From Christensenellaceae bacterium (GTDB lineage Bacteria > Bacillota > Clostridia > Christensenellales > Borkfalkiaceae): a DNA stretch of 64,000 nt. This document shows, piece after piece, positions 54,045-62,859 of this stretch (the first letter of the stretch is position 1; each line of letters opens with the position of its first letter). The position numbers and the translations under genes were made by a program. The stretch is from positions 136-64,135 of the forward strand of contig JAZRSX010000002.1 of the NCBI GenBank assembly GCA_045651725.1. Direction: 5' to 3'. The notes below the pieces were generated by a model, which was not told the DNA's origin, ran no database searches, and saw only the letters and a program-made list of their open reading frames with translations.

Positions 54045-56309
54045 TTACAATTTATTTCTTTGAATTTTTCCACTTATAGTTTTTGGAAGTTCGGTTTTGA
54101 ACTCAATAATTCGTGGATATTTGTATGGTGCAGTACGTTTTTTAACGTAGTTTTGAATTTCAACTTTTAATTCTTCGCTAGGCTCTTTACCTTTAACTAA
54201 AACTATGCTTGCTTTAACGACTTGCCCCCTTACTTCGTCTGGGTATGGCGAAACACCGCACTCTAATACGTAAGGGAGTTCCATTATAACGCTTTCAATT
54301 TCAAAAGGCCCTATTCTATAACCAGAAGATTTAATTACGTCGTCTTTTCTACTTACGTACCAGAAGAAACCGTCTTCATCACGCCATGCCAAATCGCCCG
54401 TGTGATAGTAGCCGTCGTGCCAAACTTCGTCGGTTTTTTCTTGTTCGTTATAGTAACCCAAGAATAAGCCACAAGGAACTTTGTCGCTAGTTTTTATACA
54501 AATTTCGCCCGGTTTACCGTTTTCAACTTCGTTGCCGTCTGCATCTAACAAGTGAATGTCGTACATAGGCGTTGGCTTACCCATTGAACCTGGTTTACAA
54601 GTATCGCCAACAAGGTTTGCAATAGTTAAAGTAGTTTCGGTTTGACCAAAACCTTCCATAATCTTTAAGCCCGTAACTTCATAGAATTGTTTGTAAACTT
54701 CTAAATTTAGCGCTTCGCCCGCCGTGGTTATGTGCTTAATTGAAGACAAGTTATATTTTTTGATATCGTCTTTAACAAGCATACGAAGCATCGTTGGTGG
54801 CGCGCAAAAAGTAGTTACGTTGTACTTTTCAAACATAGGCAAGATTTCGCTTGCGTTAAACTTATCAAAGTCGTACGTAAATACGGCGCCTTCCGAAAGC
54901 CATTGTCCATAAAATTTACCCCAAAGCGCTTTACCCCAACCCGTATCGGATATAGTAAAGTGCAAACCGTCTCTACTTACGTTATGCCAATACTTTGCCG
55001 TTATAAAATGCCCAAGAGCATATTTGTAACTGTGAGTTGCAATTTTTGGATAACCCGTAGTGCCCGAAGTAAAAAACATTATCATAGGGTCGCTACCGCA
55101 AGCCGTGTTTTCGTCTCTATAAAAATGCGCGCTATATAATCCGTATTCTTCGGTTAAGTTATGCCAACCGTCTTTTGCCCCGCCAACTAAAATTTTTGTT
55201 TTTAACGTTGGGCATACTTTTGACGCAATATCTACTTGATTAGCCGTATCGCCGTCAGAAGTACATAAAATTGCCGAAACGCCGGCAGCGTTAAAGCGGT
55301 ATTCAAAGTCGTGCGCTTGCAATAAGTTTGTTGCAGGGATTGCTATTGCGCCAAGTTTATGAAGCGCAAGCATTACAAACCAAAATTCGTAGTGACGCTT
55401 TAACACAAGCATAACCCTATCGCCCTTTTTAATGCCAAGCGATTTAAAGTAGTTAGCGCACATATTTGAAAAACGCTTCATATCCTTAAAGGTAAAACGG
55501 CGTTCAACCATATGTTTATCTATATGTAACATAGCAAGTTTATTTGGGTTTTGTTTTGCTATGCCGTCGACGATATCAAAGGCAAAGTTAAAGGTTTCTT
55601 CGTTTTTAAAGTCAATTTTTCTTAACGCGCCGTTGGCGTCTTCTAACCTATCCATAAACTTATCGCAAATAAGAGTTTCTTTTTTTGCAGACGAAGTTAA
55701 CGTTTCGGTTATAACCGTTTCGGCGGTATCGTCGCCAGGTAAAACTACGGCTATAAAGTGACAGTCTTTACCGTCAACGGCAATCATACCGTGTGGCGTA
55801 GCGCTGTTATAATAAATACTGTCGCCTTCGCCTAACAACTCTACGTGGTCGCCGATTTGAATTTTTAACTTACCGCTAACGACCATATCAAACTCTTGAC
55901 CAGAGTGTGTTGCTAATTTTATAGGTTTATTTTGCAAATCTTCGTCGTAAGCGTAAGTAACGGCGTAAGGTTGAGCGATTTTTTTTCTAAATAAAGGCGC
56001 TAAACTCTTAATTTCTATGCCGTCTTCTTGCGCAGTAGTTTGACCTTCGCCCTTACGCGTTAAAGTGTAAGACGAAAGGTGTGCGCTTTGACATTCAAGC
56101 AAGTCCGTAATGCCTATGCCAAACGCAAGCGCGCATTTATGGATAAATGAAAATGGAAAATCTTTTTTGCCAGATTCGTATTCAAGATAATCACTTACCG
56201 AAACTTCCGTTTTTAATGCCATTTGTTCAATAGAAACACCATCTATTTCGCGCATTTCACGAATTCTTGTTGCAACTTCTAATAATGCATTTGGTTCTAA
56301 TTTAGACAT
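54045..56309 (-). CDS. Fusion: XRE HTH + cupin + medium-chain-type AMP-forming acyl-CoA synthetase (paralog B, behind the Ile T-box)
   Basis: Same architecture as 50504-52792. The last 96 residues before the final tripeptide are identical to paralog A. Confidence 0.9.
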   Translation of the reverse strand: MSKLEPNALLEVATRIREMREIDGVSIEQMALKTEVSVSDYLEYESGKKDFPFSFIHKCALAFGIGITDLLECQSAHLSSYTLTRKGEGQTTAQEDGIEIKSLAPLFRKKIAQPYAVTYAYDEDLQNKPIKLATHSGQEFDMVVSGKLKIQIGDHVELLGEGDSIYYNSATPHGMIAVDGKDCHFIAVVLPGDDTAETVITETLTSSAKKETLICDKFMDRLEDANGALRKIDFKNEETFNFAFDIVDGIAKQNPNKLAMLHIDKHMVERRFTFKDMKRFSNMCANYFKSLGIKKGDRVMLVLKRHYEFWFVMLALHKLGAIAIPATNLLQAHDFEYRFNAAGVSAILCTSDGDTANQVDIASKVCPTLKTKILVGGAKDGWHNLTEEYGLYSAHFYRDENTACGSDPMIMFFTSGTTGYPKIATHSYKYALGHFITAKYWHNVSRDGLHFTISDTGWGKALWGKFYGQWLSEGAVFTYDFDKFNASEILPMFEKYNVTTFCAPPTMLRMLVKDDIKKYNLSSIKHITTAGEALNLEVYKQFYEVTGLKIMEGFGQTETTLTIANLVGDTCKPGSMGKPTPMYDIHLLDADGNEVENGKPGEICIKTSDKVPCGLFLGYYNEQEKTDEVWHDGYYHTGDLAWRDEDGFFWYVSRKDDVIKSSGYRIGPFEIESVIMELPYVLECGVSPYPDEVRGQVVKASIVLVKGKEPSEELKVEIQNYVKKRTAPYKYPRIIEFKTELPKTISGKIQRNKL

Positions 56310-56338
56310 TTTTTTATCTCCTTTTTTCTAAATAATGC

Positions 56339-56591
56339 AAAAAACCCGCCTCAAATTTCTTTGAGACGGGTAATAAATACTCGCGGTACCACTCAAATTG
56401 TAGCATAAGCCACCACTCAGTCAAGGTCCAACAACCTCTATGTTCTAACGCGACAGTTACGGAAAAACTTACTTGCAAACGCTTTGGGCTTTTCGGCTCG
56501 GAAGTGATAGGTTGTTTAAAACTTTGACGTCGGTTCGCACCAAACACCGACTCTCTTTAATCTTTGTTTTAAGCCTGTCTTCGTCACAGCC
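56339..56591 (-). promoter_or_regulatory. T-box riboswitch leader, specifier read as AUC (Ile)
   Basis: Minus-strand read: GGCUGUGACGAAG...AAAGAGAGU...GGUGCGA...CCU-AUC-A-CUUCCGAGCC...GAGUGGUACCGCGAG. Terminator CCCGUCUCAAA-gaaa-UUUGAGGCGGG plus U6. Confidence 0.85.
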
Positions 56592-56605
56592 TTTATTTTG
56601 CAAAA

Positions 56606-56634
56606 ATTATACACCCTATAAAAATCGTTGTCAA
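56606..56634 (-). promoter_or_regulatory. Consensus promoter of the Ile T-box unit
   Basis: Minus strand TTGACA-17-TATAAT. Confidence 0.8.
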
Positions 56635-56835
56635 CTATTTAAAAGTGGTTTTAAAAAATTTTTGATATTTTTTTAGATGTTTTTTACCCTAATATCCATA
56701 TTATTTTAGTTTGCCTTTTTTTTCAAAAAAAAATTAGTGGTTTTTTTAATTTTTGCTTGCAATCTTGTGAACTGTGTTTTACAATAGTTTTAACGCAAAA
56801 CTTTGCGAAAATCTATTTTTTTTAGGTATAAAATT

Positions 56836-58164
56836 ATGAAAGAAAGTATCAAAAAATGGCAAGATTATAAACTTGGATTATTTATTCACTGGGGCTTATA
56901 TTCCGTTGACGGCGTAGGCTGTTGGGGAATGTGGGCTAACCCTATTGACAAAGACGAATATCGCAACAAATATATGCCACGCTTTACGGCGGAAAACTAC
57001 AACCCTAACGACTGGGCTGACCTAGCAAAAAAAGCGGGTATGAAGTACGCCGTTTTAACGGCACGCCATCACGACGGTTTCTGTTTATGGGATAGCGAAA
57101 GCAGTTTTGAAAACTTCACCGTTATGAACGAAAACTGCGGTTGTAAGCGTGACCTTATCAAAGAATATTGCGATGCTTTTAGGGCAAAAGACCTTGCCGT
57201 TGGCTTATATTATTCTCCAACCGACTGGCGTTTTCCCGGTTTCTTTATTCCATTATTATATAAACAAAACGCTATTGCAATGCGTGAACAATGCCATAAG
57301 CAAATTAACGAATTAACTACTAAATACGGCAAAATTGACATTATGTGGTATGATGCCGGCGAAGACTGGTATTTATCTTTTGCCAGATGGCCACACAAGG
57401 GCTTTTCTCGTATGGACGATAATAAAACTAACCCTATGTGGAAAGGTTTTTGGCAAGAAGCCGTTATCGATAAAATGGTACGAACTAACCAACCTGACCT
57501 TATATATAATGAAAGAATAGGTATGAAAGAACTTGGCGACTTTAAAAATGCTGAATGTAGAGTTGGCGTGTTTGATACTACGCACCCTTGGGAAACTTGC
57601 GATAAACTTACGGAATACTGGGAATGGATGCCTAACGCGCAACCACGCTCACTTCGTCAAATTATTCACCTTTTAATTAACGTCGTTACGGGTGGCGGTA
57701 ACTTATTACTTTCTGTTGGCCCTAACGGAAAGGGCGAAATTGAGCCTTTACACGCAAAGCGTTTGCTTGAACTTGGCGAGTTTATGGAGCAATATGGCGA
57801 AACTATTTACTCTACGAAAGCAGGCCCTATCATAAACGGCAAATGGGGTGGTGCAACTTATAAAGGCAACAAAGTTTACCTTCACGTTTTAGACTGGAAA
57901 CTCGACGCCGTACAACTTCCTATTTTAAACGGCAAAGTTACGGGCGTTAGATGTCTTAACGGCGACGGCGCAACCTATGAAATTAAAAACGGCTTTTTAT
58001 TTGCAAACGTGCCTAGTAACCTTAAAAAAGAAGACGACACTATTATTGAAGTTACTTTTGATAATGACGTTGAAAAAATTTACGAAGGTTACGACCCACG
58101 TTCGTTTAGTATGGACGAAGCAAATATCGTTGACAACACTTTAAACGTTGATACTTTAAAATAA
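56836..58164 (+). CDS. Alpha-L-fucosidase (GH29)
   Basis: LGLFIHWGLYSV, TARHHDGFCLWDS. ATG 56836 is preferred over the TTG at 56803. Terminator AAGCGGTGC/GCACCGCTT at 58172-58197. Confidence 0.9.
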   Translation: MKESIKKWQDYKLGLFIHWGLYSVDGVGCWGMWANPIDKDEYRNKYMPRFTAENYNPNDWADLAKKAGMKYAVLTARHHDGFCLWDSESSFENFTVMNENCGCKRDLIKEYCDAFRAKDLAVGLYYSPTDWRFPGFFIPLLYKQNAIAMREQCHKQINELTTKYGKIDIMWYDAGEDWYLSFARWPHKGFSRMDDNKTNPMWKGFWQEAVIDKMVRTNQPDLIYNERIGMKELGDFKNAECRVGVFDTTHPWETCDKLTEYWEWMPNAQPRSLRQIIHLLINVVTGGGNLLLSVGPNGKGEIEPLHAKRLLELGEFMEQYGETIYSTKAGPIINGKWGGATYKGNKVYLHVLDWKLDAVQLPILNGKVTGVRCLNGDGATYEIKNGFLFANVPSNLKKEDDTIIEVTFDNDVEKIYEGYDPRSFSMDEANIVDNTLNVDTLK

Positions 58165-58235
58165 CTATTTTAAGCGGTGCTTTGTTGCACCGCTTTTTAC
58201 TTGCTTATTTTCTACGCATAATGTAATATATAGTT

Positions 58236-58904
58236 ATGAAAAACAAAATTCTAACAATTTTATATATTTGTTTGGTTTCGGTTTTAATTTTAACTTTTTG
58301 TATAGGCGTGCCCATTTATTTTAGGCCGTTTTACTATGCTCAAATAAAACCGTTGCAACTTGAAAGTGTTTCGGGATATTCTTACGAACAAATTAAGAAC
58401 GCTTACGATAGCGTGCTTAACTACCTTACCCTTCCGTTTACGGAATTTTCGGTTGGCGATTTTTCATACTCCGAAAGCGGAAAAGCGCATTTTGTCGACT
58501 GCAAATTTTTGTTTATGCTTAACTTTTGGGGGTTTGTAGTTTCGCTAATAGGCACCGTTTTATTAAAAGTTTTAGATAAAAAAGGCGTTATTAAACTAAT
58601 AAACTTTTTTAACTTTAAACCTTACTTTTATTCGTCAATAGTTTCTTTAATAATACCTTTATTTTTAGGTACGGTTGCAGTTATTGACTTTGACGTTGCC
58701 TTTACCCTATTTCACTCTATACTCTTTCCCGGAAAAAGCAACTGGGTATTTTACTCTTATTTAGACCCCGTAATTTTAATACTACCCGAACGCTTTTTTA
58801 TGAATTGCGGAATACTAATAGCAACTTTATTGATTATAATATGCGCCGTTTTAATAACGATAAACATAATAAAAAAACGCAAATTAAAAGATAGCAAAAA
58901 CTAA
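58236..58904 (+). CDS. TIGR01906/DUF1461 family integral membrane protein (Lit-like)
   Basis: N-terminal TM, FRPFYY...YSYEQIKNAYDSVLNYL, and three C-terminal TM segments. Confidence 0.75.
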   Translation: MKNKILTILYICLVSVLILTFCIGVPIYFRPFYYAQIKPLQLESVSGYSYEQIKNAYDSVLNYLTLPFTEFSVGDFSYSESGKAHFVDCKFLFMLNFWGFVVSLIGTVLLKVLDKKGVIKLINFFNFKPYFYSSIVSLIIPLFLGTVAVIDFDVAFTLFHSILFPGKSNWVFYSYLDPVILILPERFFMNCGILIATLLIIICAVLITINIIKKRKLKDSKN

Positions 58905-58919
58905 TTTTGCTATCTTTTT

Positions 58920-59684
58920 TTAATCGGTTATTATTTGTGGCGTAGTTATCGTTTTTGAATATTTAGGCAACTTGTGGTTACTTATTATATAGTCTACGTC
59001 GTTAAGCGAACACAAGTGATATTGCGAAGTGTTTTCAAACTTACTGCTATCGCACAAAAACACCTTTGTAGTAGCGTTTTTTATCATTGCCTTTCTTATT
59101 ACGTTTTCTTCTTCAAAGCAATCGAAAATTTCGCCGTTTTCGTCTACGGAACGCGCCGAAAAAAAAGCTACGTCGGCGTGGAAATTGCCTATCATTTCTT
59201 CGGCATAATGCCCTACTAAAACCGAACGGTTTACGCTTTCAATAACACCGCCCGTAGAATATGCCGTTATATTTTGCTTTGCTAATAGCGAAAGCGTGTC
59301 TATACCGTTAGTTATAACCCTTACGTTAGAAAACTCTGAAAGATATTCGGCAATTATAAAAGACGACGTAGTGCCGTCTAAAAATATAAGGTCACCGTTT
59401 TTAATGAGTTTTATTGCGGACAATGCAATTTTCTTTTTTTCAAAGTGGTTTTCGTGCACCCTAAAAGTAAAACTAGGAAAAAACTTGCTTTCGTCGTTTG
59501 CCTTAACGCCACCGTGCGTTCTTGTTACAAGCCCCTTTCTTTGAAGTTCGTTTATCTTTCGCCTTACCGTTGATTGACTTACGAATAAAATATTAGACAA
59601 TTCTTCTATCGAAATATATTGGCGTTGTAATATGACTTCTAAAATTTCGTTTTCTTCTTTATTTTTGCTTATCATTTTGCTCAT
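58920..59684 (-). CDS. DeoR/GlpR family transcriptional regulator
   Basis: N-terminal wHTH ISIEELSNILFVSQSTVRRKINELQRKGLV plus a DeoR C-terminal sensor domain. Confidence 0.9.
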   Translation of the reverse strand: MSKMISKNKEENEILEVILQRQYISIEELSNILFVSQSTVRRKINELQRKGLVTRTHGGVKANDESKFFPSFTFRVHENHFEKKKIALSAIKLIKNGDLIFLDGTTSSFIIAEYLSEFSNVRVITNGIDTLSLLAKQNITAYSTGGVIESVNRSVLVGHYAEEMIGNFHADVAFFSARSVDENGEIFDCFEEENVIRKAMIKNATTKVFLCDSSKFENTSQYHLCSLNDVDYIISNHKLPKYSKTITTPQIITD

Positions 59685-59831
59685 TTACCCCTATTTTTAG
59701 CACAAAATTTGCTTATTTAATCAAAATATCTTTCAAAATAACTATTTTTTTTATTTAGTATTGCTCATTTGCTTATTTGTATTATAATAGAATTATAAAA
59801 ATATGTCAACACTAAATTAAAGGAGTATACG

Positions 59832-61262
59832 ATGTTTGATATTTTGATTATAGGCGGTGGCGTTATAGGTGGAACTATAATGCGCGAAGCTACTAAATAT
59901 AACTTAAAAGTCGCTCTTTTAGAAAAAGAAAACGACGTTTGTATGGGGCAAAGCAAGGCAAATAGCGGTATTGTGCACGCGGGTTTTGACGCTATGCCAA
60001 ACACTTTAAAAGCAAAGTTTAACGTTTTAGGAAACCAAATGATGCCAAATTTAGCAAAAGAACTTGGCGTTAAGTATATAAACAACGGCGCTTTAGTAGT
60101 TGCCTTTACAAGTGAAGATTGCGATACGCTAGAACGACTTTACTATCGTGGCGTTGAAAACGGCGTTACGGGGCTTGAACTAATAGACAGAGAAAGGCTT
60201 AACGAATTAGAACCTAACGTTTCTAAAAACGCGCTTATGGCGTTACACGCTAAAACAAGCGGTATTATTTGCCCTTATGAACTAACTATTGCGTCTATCG
60301 GCAACGCTATGGATAACGGTGCAAAACTCTACACTCAATTTGAAGTAAACTCAATTAAAAAAGACGGCGAAGAATTTATCGTTTCTTCTACAAACGGTCA
60401 AACGGTAAAGGCAAAAGTGGTTGTCAACTGCGCGGGAATTAACAGCGGTAAAATTGCTAAAATGATAGGCGACGATTATATTGAAGTTAAAGGTAGAAAA
60501 GGCGATTATATTTTACTTGATAGAGAAAGCAAAGACTTTGTAAACCACACCTTATTTTTTACGCCAACTAAAAAAGGCAAAGGCATTTTAGTTACTCAAA
60601 CTGTTGACGGAAATATCCTTTTAGGCCCAACTTCAACGGAAATTGAAGAAATTTCAACTAAAACAGACGGCGAAAGTTTAAATTTAATTATACAAAAAGC
60701 AAGGGAAATGACTGATAATCCCCCACTTTATAACTCTATAACTTCGTTTACTGGCGTTAGAGCGTACTGCAATAGGCACGACTTTATAATTGAAGAAAGC
60801 AAATCTTTAAAAGGATTTATTCATCTTGCGGGCATAGAGTCGCCAGGGTTAACTTCCGCCCCCGCAATAGCAAAACACGTTATAGAAAACGTTGTTTCTA
60901 ATATGCTTACGCTTACAGTAAACAGCAACTTTAACGGCAAAAGAACACCCGACTATTTCTTTAAAAACCTTTCTATTAAAGAAAAGAACGAAATAATTAA
61001 AAAGGACGATAGTTACGGCAAAATCGTTTGCCGTTGCGAACAAATTACGGAAGGCGAAATTATACGCGCGCTTACTGAAAACCCACCTGCAAACGATATT
61101 GACGGCGTAAAGCGTAGAACTCGCGCGGGCATGGGAAGGTGTCAAGGCGGTTTTTGTCAACCTTACGTTGCCGAATTAATAGCAAAAGTAAAGGGCGTTA
61201 ATTTAGAAGACGTTACTAAAAAAGGCAAAAATTCTAAATTACTTGTGGGGAAGACGAAATGA
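59832..61262 (+). CDS. FAD-dependent glycerol-3-phosphate dehydrogenase/oxidase-like protein with a BFD-like [2Fe-2S] domain
   Basis: DILIIGGGVIGG...; C-terminal CRCEQITEGEI...RAGMGRCQGGFC. Confidence 0.85.
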   Translation: MFDILIIGGGVIGGTIMREATKYNLKVALLEKENDVCMGQSKANSGIVHAGFDAMPNTLKAKFNVLGNQMMPNLAKELGVKYINNGALVVAFTSEDCDTLERLYYRGVENGVTGLELIDRERLNELEPNVSKNALMALHAKTSGIICPYELTIASIGNAMDNGAKLYTQFEVNSIKKDGEEFIVSSTNGQTVKAKVVVNCAGINSGKIAKMIGDDYIEVKGRKGDYILLDRESKDFVNHTLFFTPTKKGKGILVTQTVDGNILLGPTSTEIEEISTKTDGESLNLIIQKAREMTDNPPLYNSITSFTGVRAYCNRHDFIIEESKSLKGFIHLAGIESPGLTSAPAIAKHVIENVVSNMLTLTVNSNFNGKRTPDYFFKNLSIKEKNEIIKKDDSYGKIVCRCEQITEGEIIRALTENPPANDIDGVKRRTRAGMGRCQGGFCQPYVAELIAKVKGVNLEDVTKKGKNSKLLVGKTK

Positions 61263-62512
61263 AAACATATTATGACGTTATAATTATAGGCGGTGGCCCT
61301 GCGGGGCTTGCGGCGGCAATATCGGCTTACGACAACGGTGCAACCGACGTTTTAATTATTGAACGCGAAAGCACTTTGGGTGGAATACTTAATCAATGTA
61401 TTCACAACGGCTTTGGCTTAACTAGGTTTAAAGAAAGTTTAACAGGCCCAGAATACGCTTATAGATTTATTGAAGAATTGCAAAAGCGCAACGTGGAAGT
61501 TTTAACGAACACGACGGTTTTAAACCTTTCAAAAGACAAGACCGTAACGGCTATGAACAAAGAGTTCGGCGTGTTCGTTTTAAACGCAAAAGCCGTAGTT
61601 TTATCTATGGGTTGTAGAGAGAGAAGTAGGGGCGCAATAAACGTTGCGGGAACAAGACCTGCCGGCATTTACTCTGCGGGAACTGCGCAAAAGTACGTTA
61701 ATATTAAAGGATATTTACCGGGTAAAAGCGTCGTTATTTTAGGTTCTGGCGACATAGGTTTAATTATGGCGCGCCGTATGACGCTTGAAGGCGCAAAAGT
61801 TAAAGCGGTTTTTGAAATTATGCCCTACTCTACGGGTTTAAAGCGTAATATTAGCCAATGCTTAAACGACTTTGACATACCGCTTTATTTAAACCATACC
61901 ATAATGGATATACAAGGCGACGAAAGAGTAACGGGAATAACGGCTTGCGAAGTTGACGAAAACAAAGTGCCTATCAAAGGTACGGAAATGCAAATTGATT
62001 GCGACACGGTTTTATTTTCTATCGGCTTAATACCAGAAAACGAACTTACGAAAGAAGCGCAAGTTGAACTTTCGCCATTTACGAAAGGCGCCGTAGTTTA
62101 TGAAAATAGGCAAACGCTTGTCGACGGCATTTTTGCTTGCGGAAACGTGTTACACGTCCACGACCTTGTAGACTTCGTTTCGGAAGAAGCCGAACTTACG
62201 GGGCGCGCCGTTGCTAGTTACGTTAAAGGCGAAACCATTACCCAAAACAGTATTGCGGTTGTAAACGGCAAAAACGTGGGTTACGTAGTGCCACAAAAAA
62301 TTCACCTTGACGTTAATGACGACGTTAAACTATTTTTTAGAGTTAAAAACGTGTTTAAAAACTGTAAAATAGTTGCTAAATCAAACGGCGAAACAATAGT
62401 TGAAAAGAAAAAGAAAATTGCCGTACCCGGCGAAATGGAAACCTTAATTTTACAAAATTCTAAAATCGCAAACCTTAAAGGCGATTTAGAAATTAGTTTG
62501 GAGGAAGTATGA
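61259..62512 (+). CDS. NAD(P)/FAD-dependent pyridine-nucleotide-disulfide-type oxidoreductase
   Basis: DVIIIGGGPAGLAAA and a second GSGDIGL dinucleotide fold; 4-nt overlap with the upstream gene. Confidence 0.85.
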   Translation: MKTYYDVIIIGGGPAGLAAAISAYDNGATDVLIIERESTLGGILNQCIHNGFGLTRFKESLTGPEYAYRFIEELQKRNVEVLTNTTVLNLSKDKTVTAMNKEFGVFVLNAKAVVLSMGCRERSRGAINVAGTRPAGIYSAGTAQKYVNIKGYLPGKSVVILGSGDIGLIMARRMTLEGAKVKAVFEIMPYSTGLKRNISQCLNDFDIPLYLNHTIMDIQGDERVTGITACEVDENKVPIKGTEMQIDCDTVLFSIGLIPENELTKEAQVELSPFTKGAVVYENRQTLVDGIFACGNVLHVHDLVDFVSEEAELTGRAVASYVKGETITQNSIAVVNGKNVGYVVPQKIHLDVNDDVKLFFRVKNVFKNCKIVAKSNGETIVEKKKKIAVPGEMETLILQNSKIANLKGDLEISLEEV

Positions 62513-62859
62513 CTAAAAAGAGTTTAACTTGTATAGAATGCCCTATCGGTTGCGATATATCGGTTACCATTATGGACGGAAAAGTTACGGAAGTTGTCGG
62601 CAACTCTTGTCCACGCGGTAAAGTTTACGCTGAAAACGAAGTGATTTCGCCTAAAAGAGTAGTAACTTCTACGATAAGACTAGATAGTGGCGAAATGGTT
62701 GCGGTTAAAACAAGTTGTCCTATAAATAAAAGCGATATTTTTAAGGTTATGCAAATTATCAACGAAACGACTGCATCAAAACCTGTCAAAATTGGGGACA
62801 CTATAATTGAAAATATTGTAGAAGGAGCAAATTTAATTGCAAGTGGTAACGCATTATGA
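62509..62859 (+). CDS. DUF1667 domain protein
   Basis: LTCIECPIGCDISV...NSCPRGKVYA; usual third member of this triad. Confidence 0.85.
   Translation: MTKKSLTCIECPIGCDISVTIMDGKVTEVVGNSCPRGKVYAENEVISPKRVVTSTIRLDSGEMVAVKTSCPINKSDIFKVMQIINETTASKPVKIGDTIIENIVEGANLIASGNAL

Noticed and set aside
56314-56676. Track ORFs 56314-56547 (-) and 56473-56676 (+), plus 52934-53125 (+) and 44316-44654 (+)
   Set aside because: They overlap T-box leaders, promoters or gene junctions. The T-box structural elements explain these sequences better than coding does.
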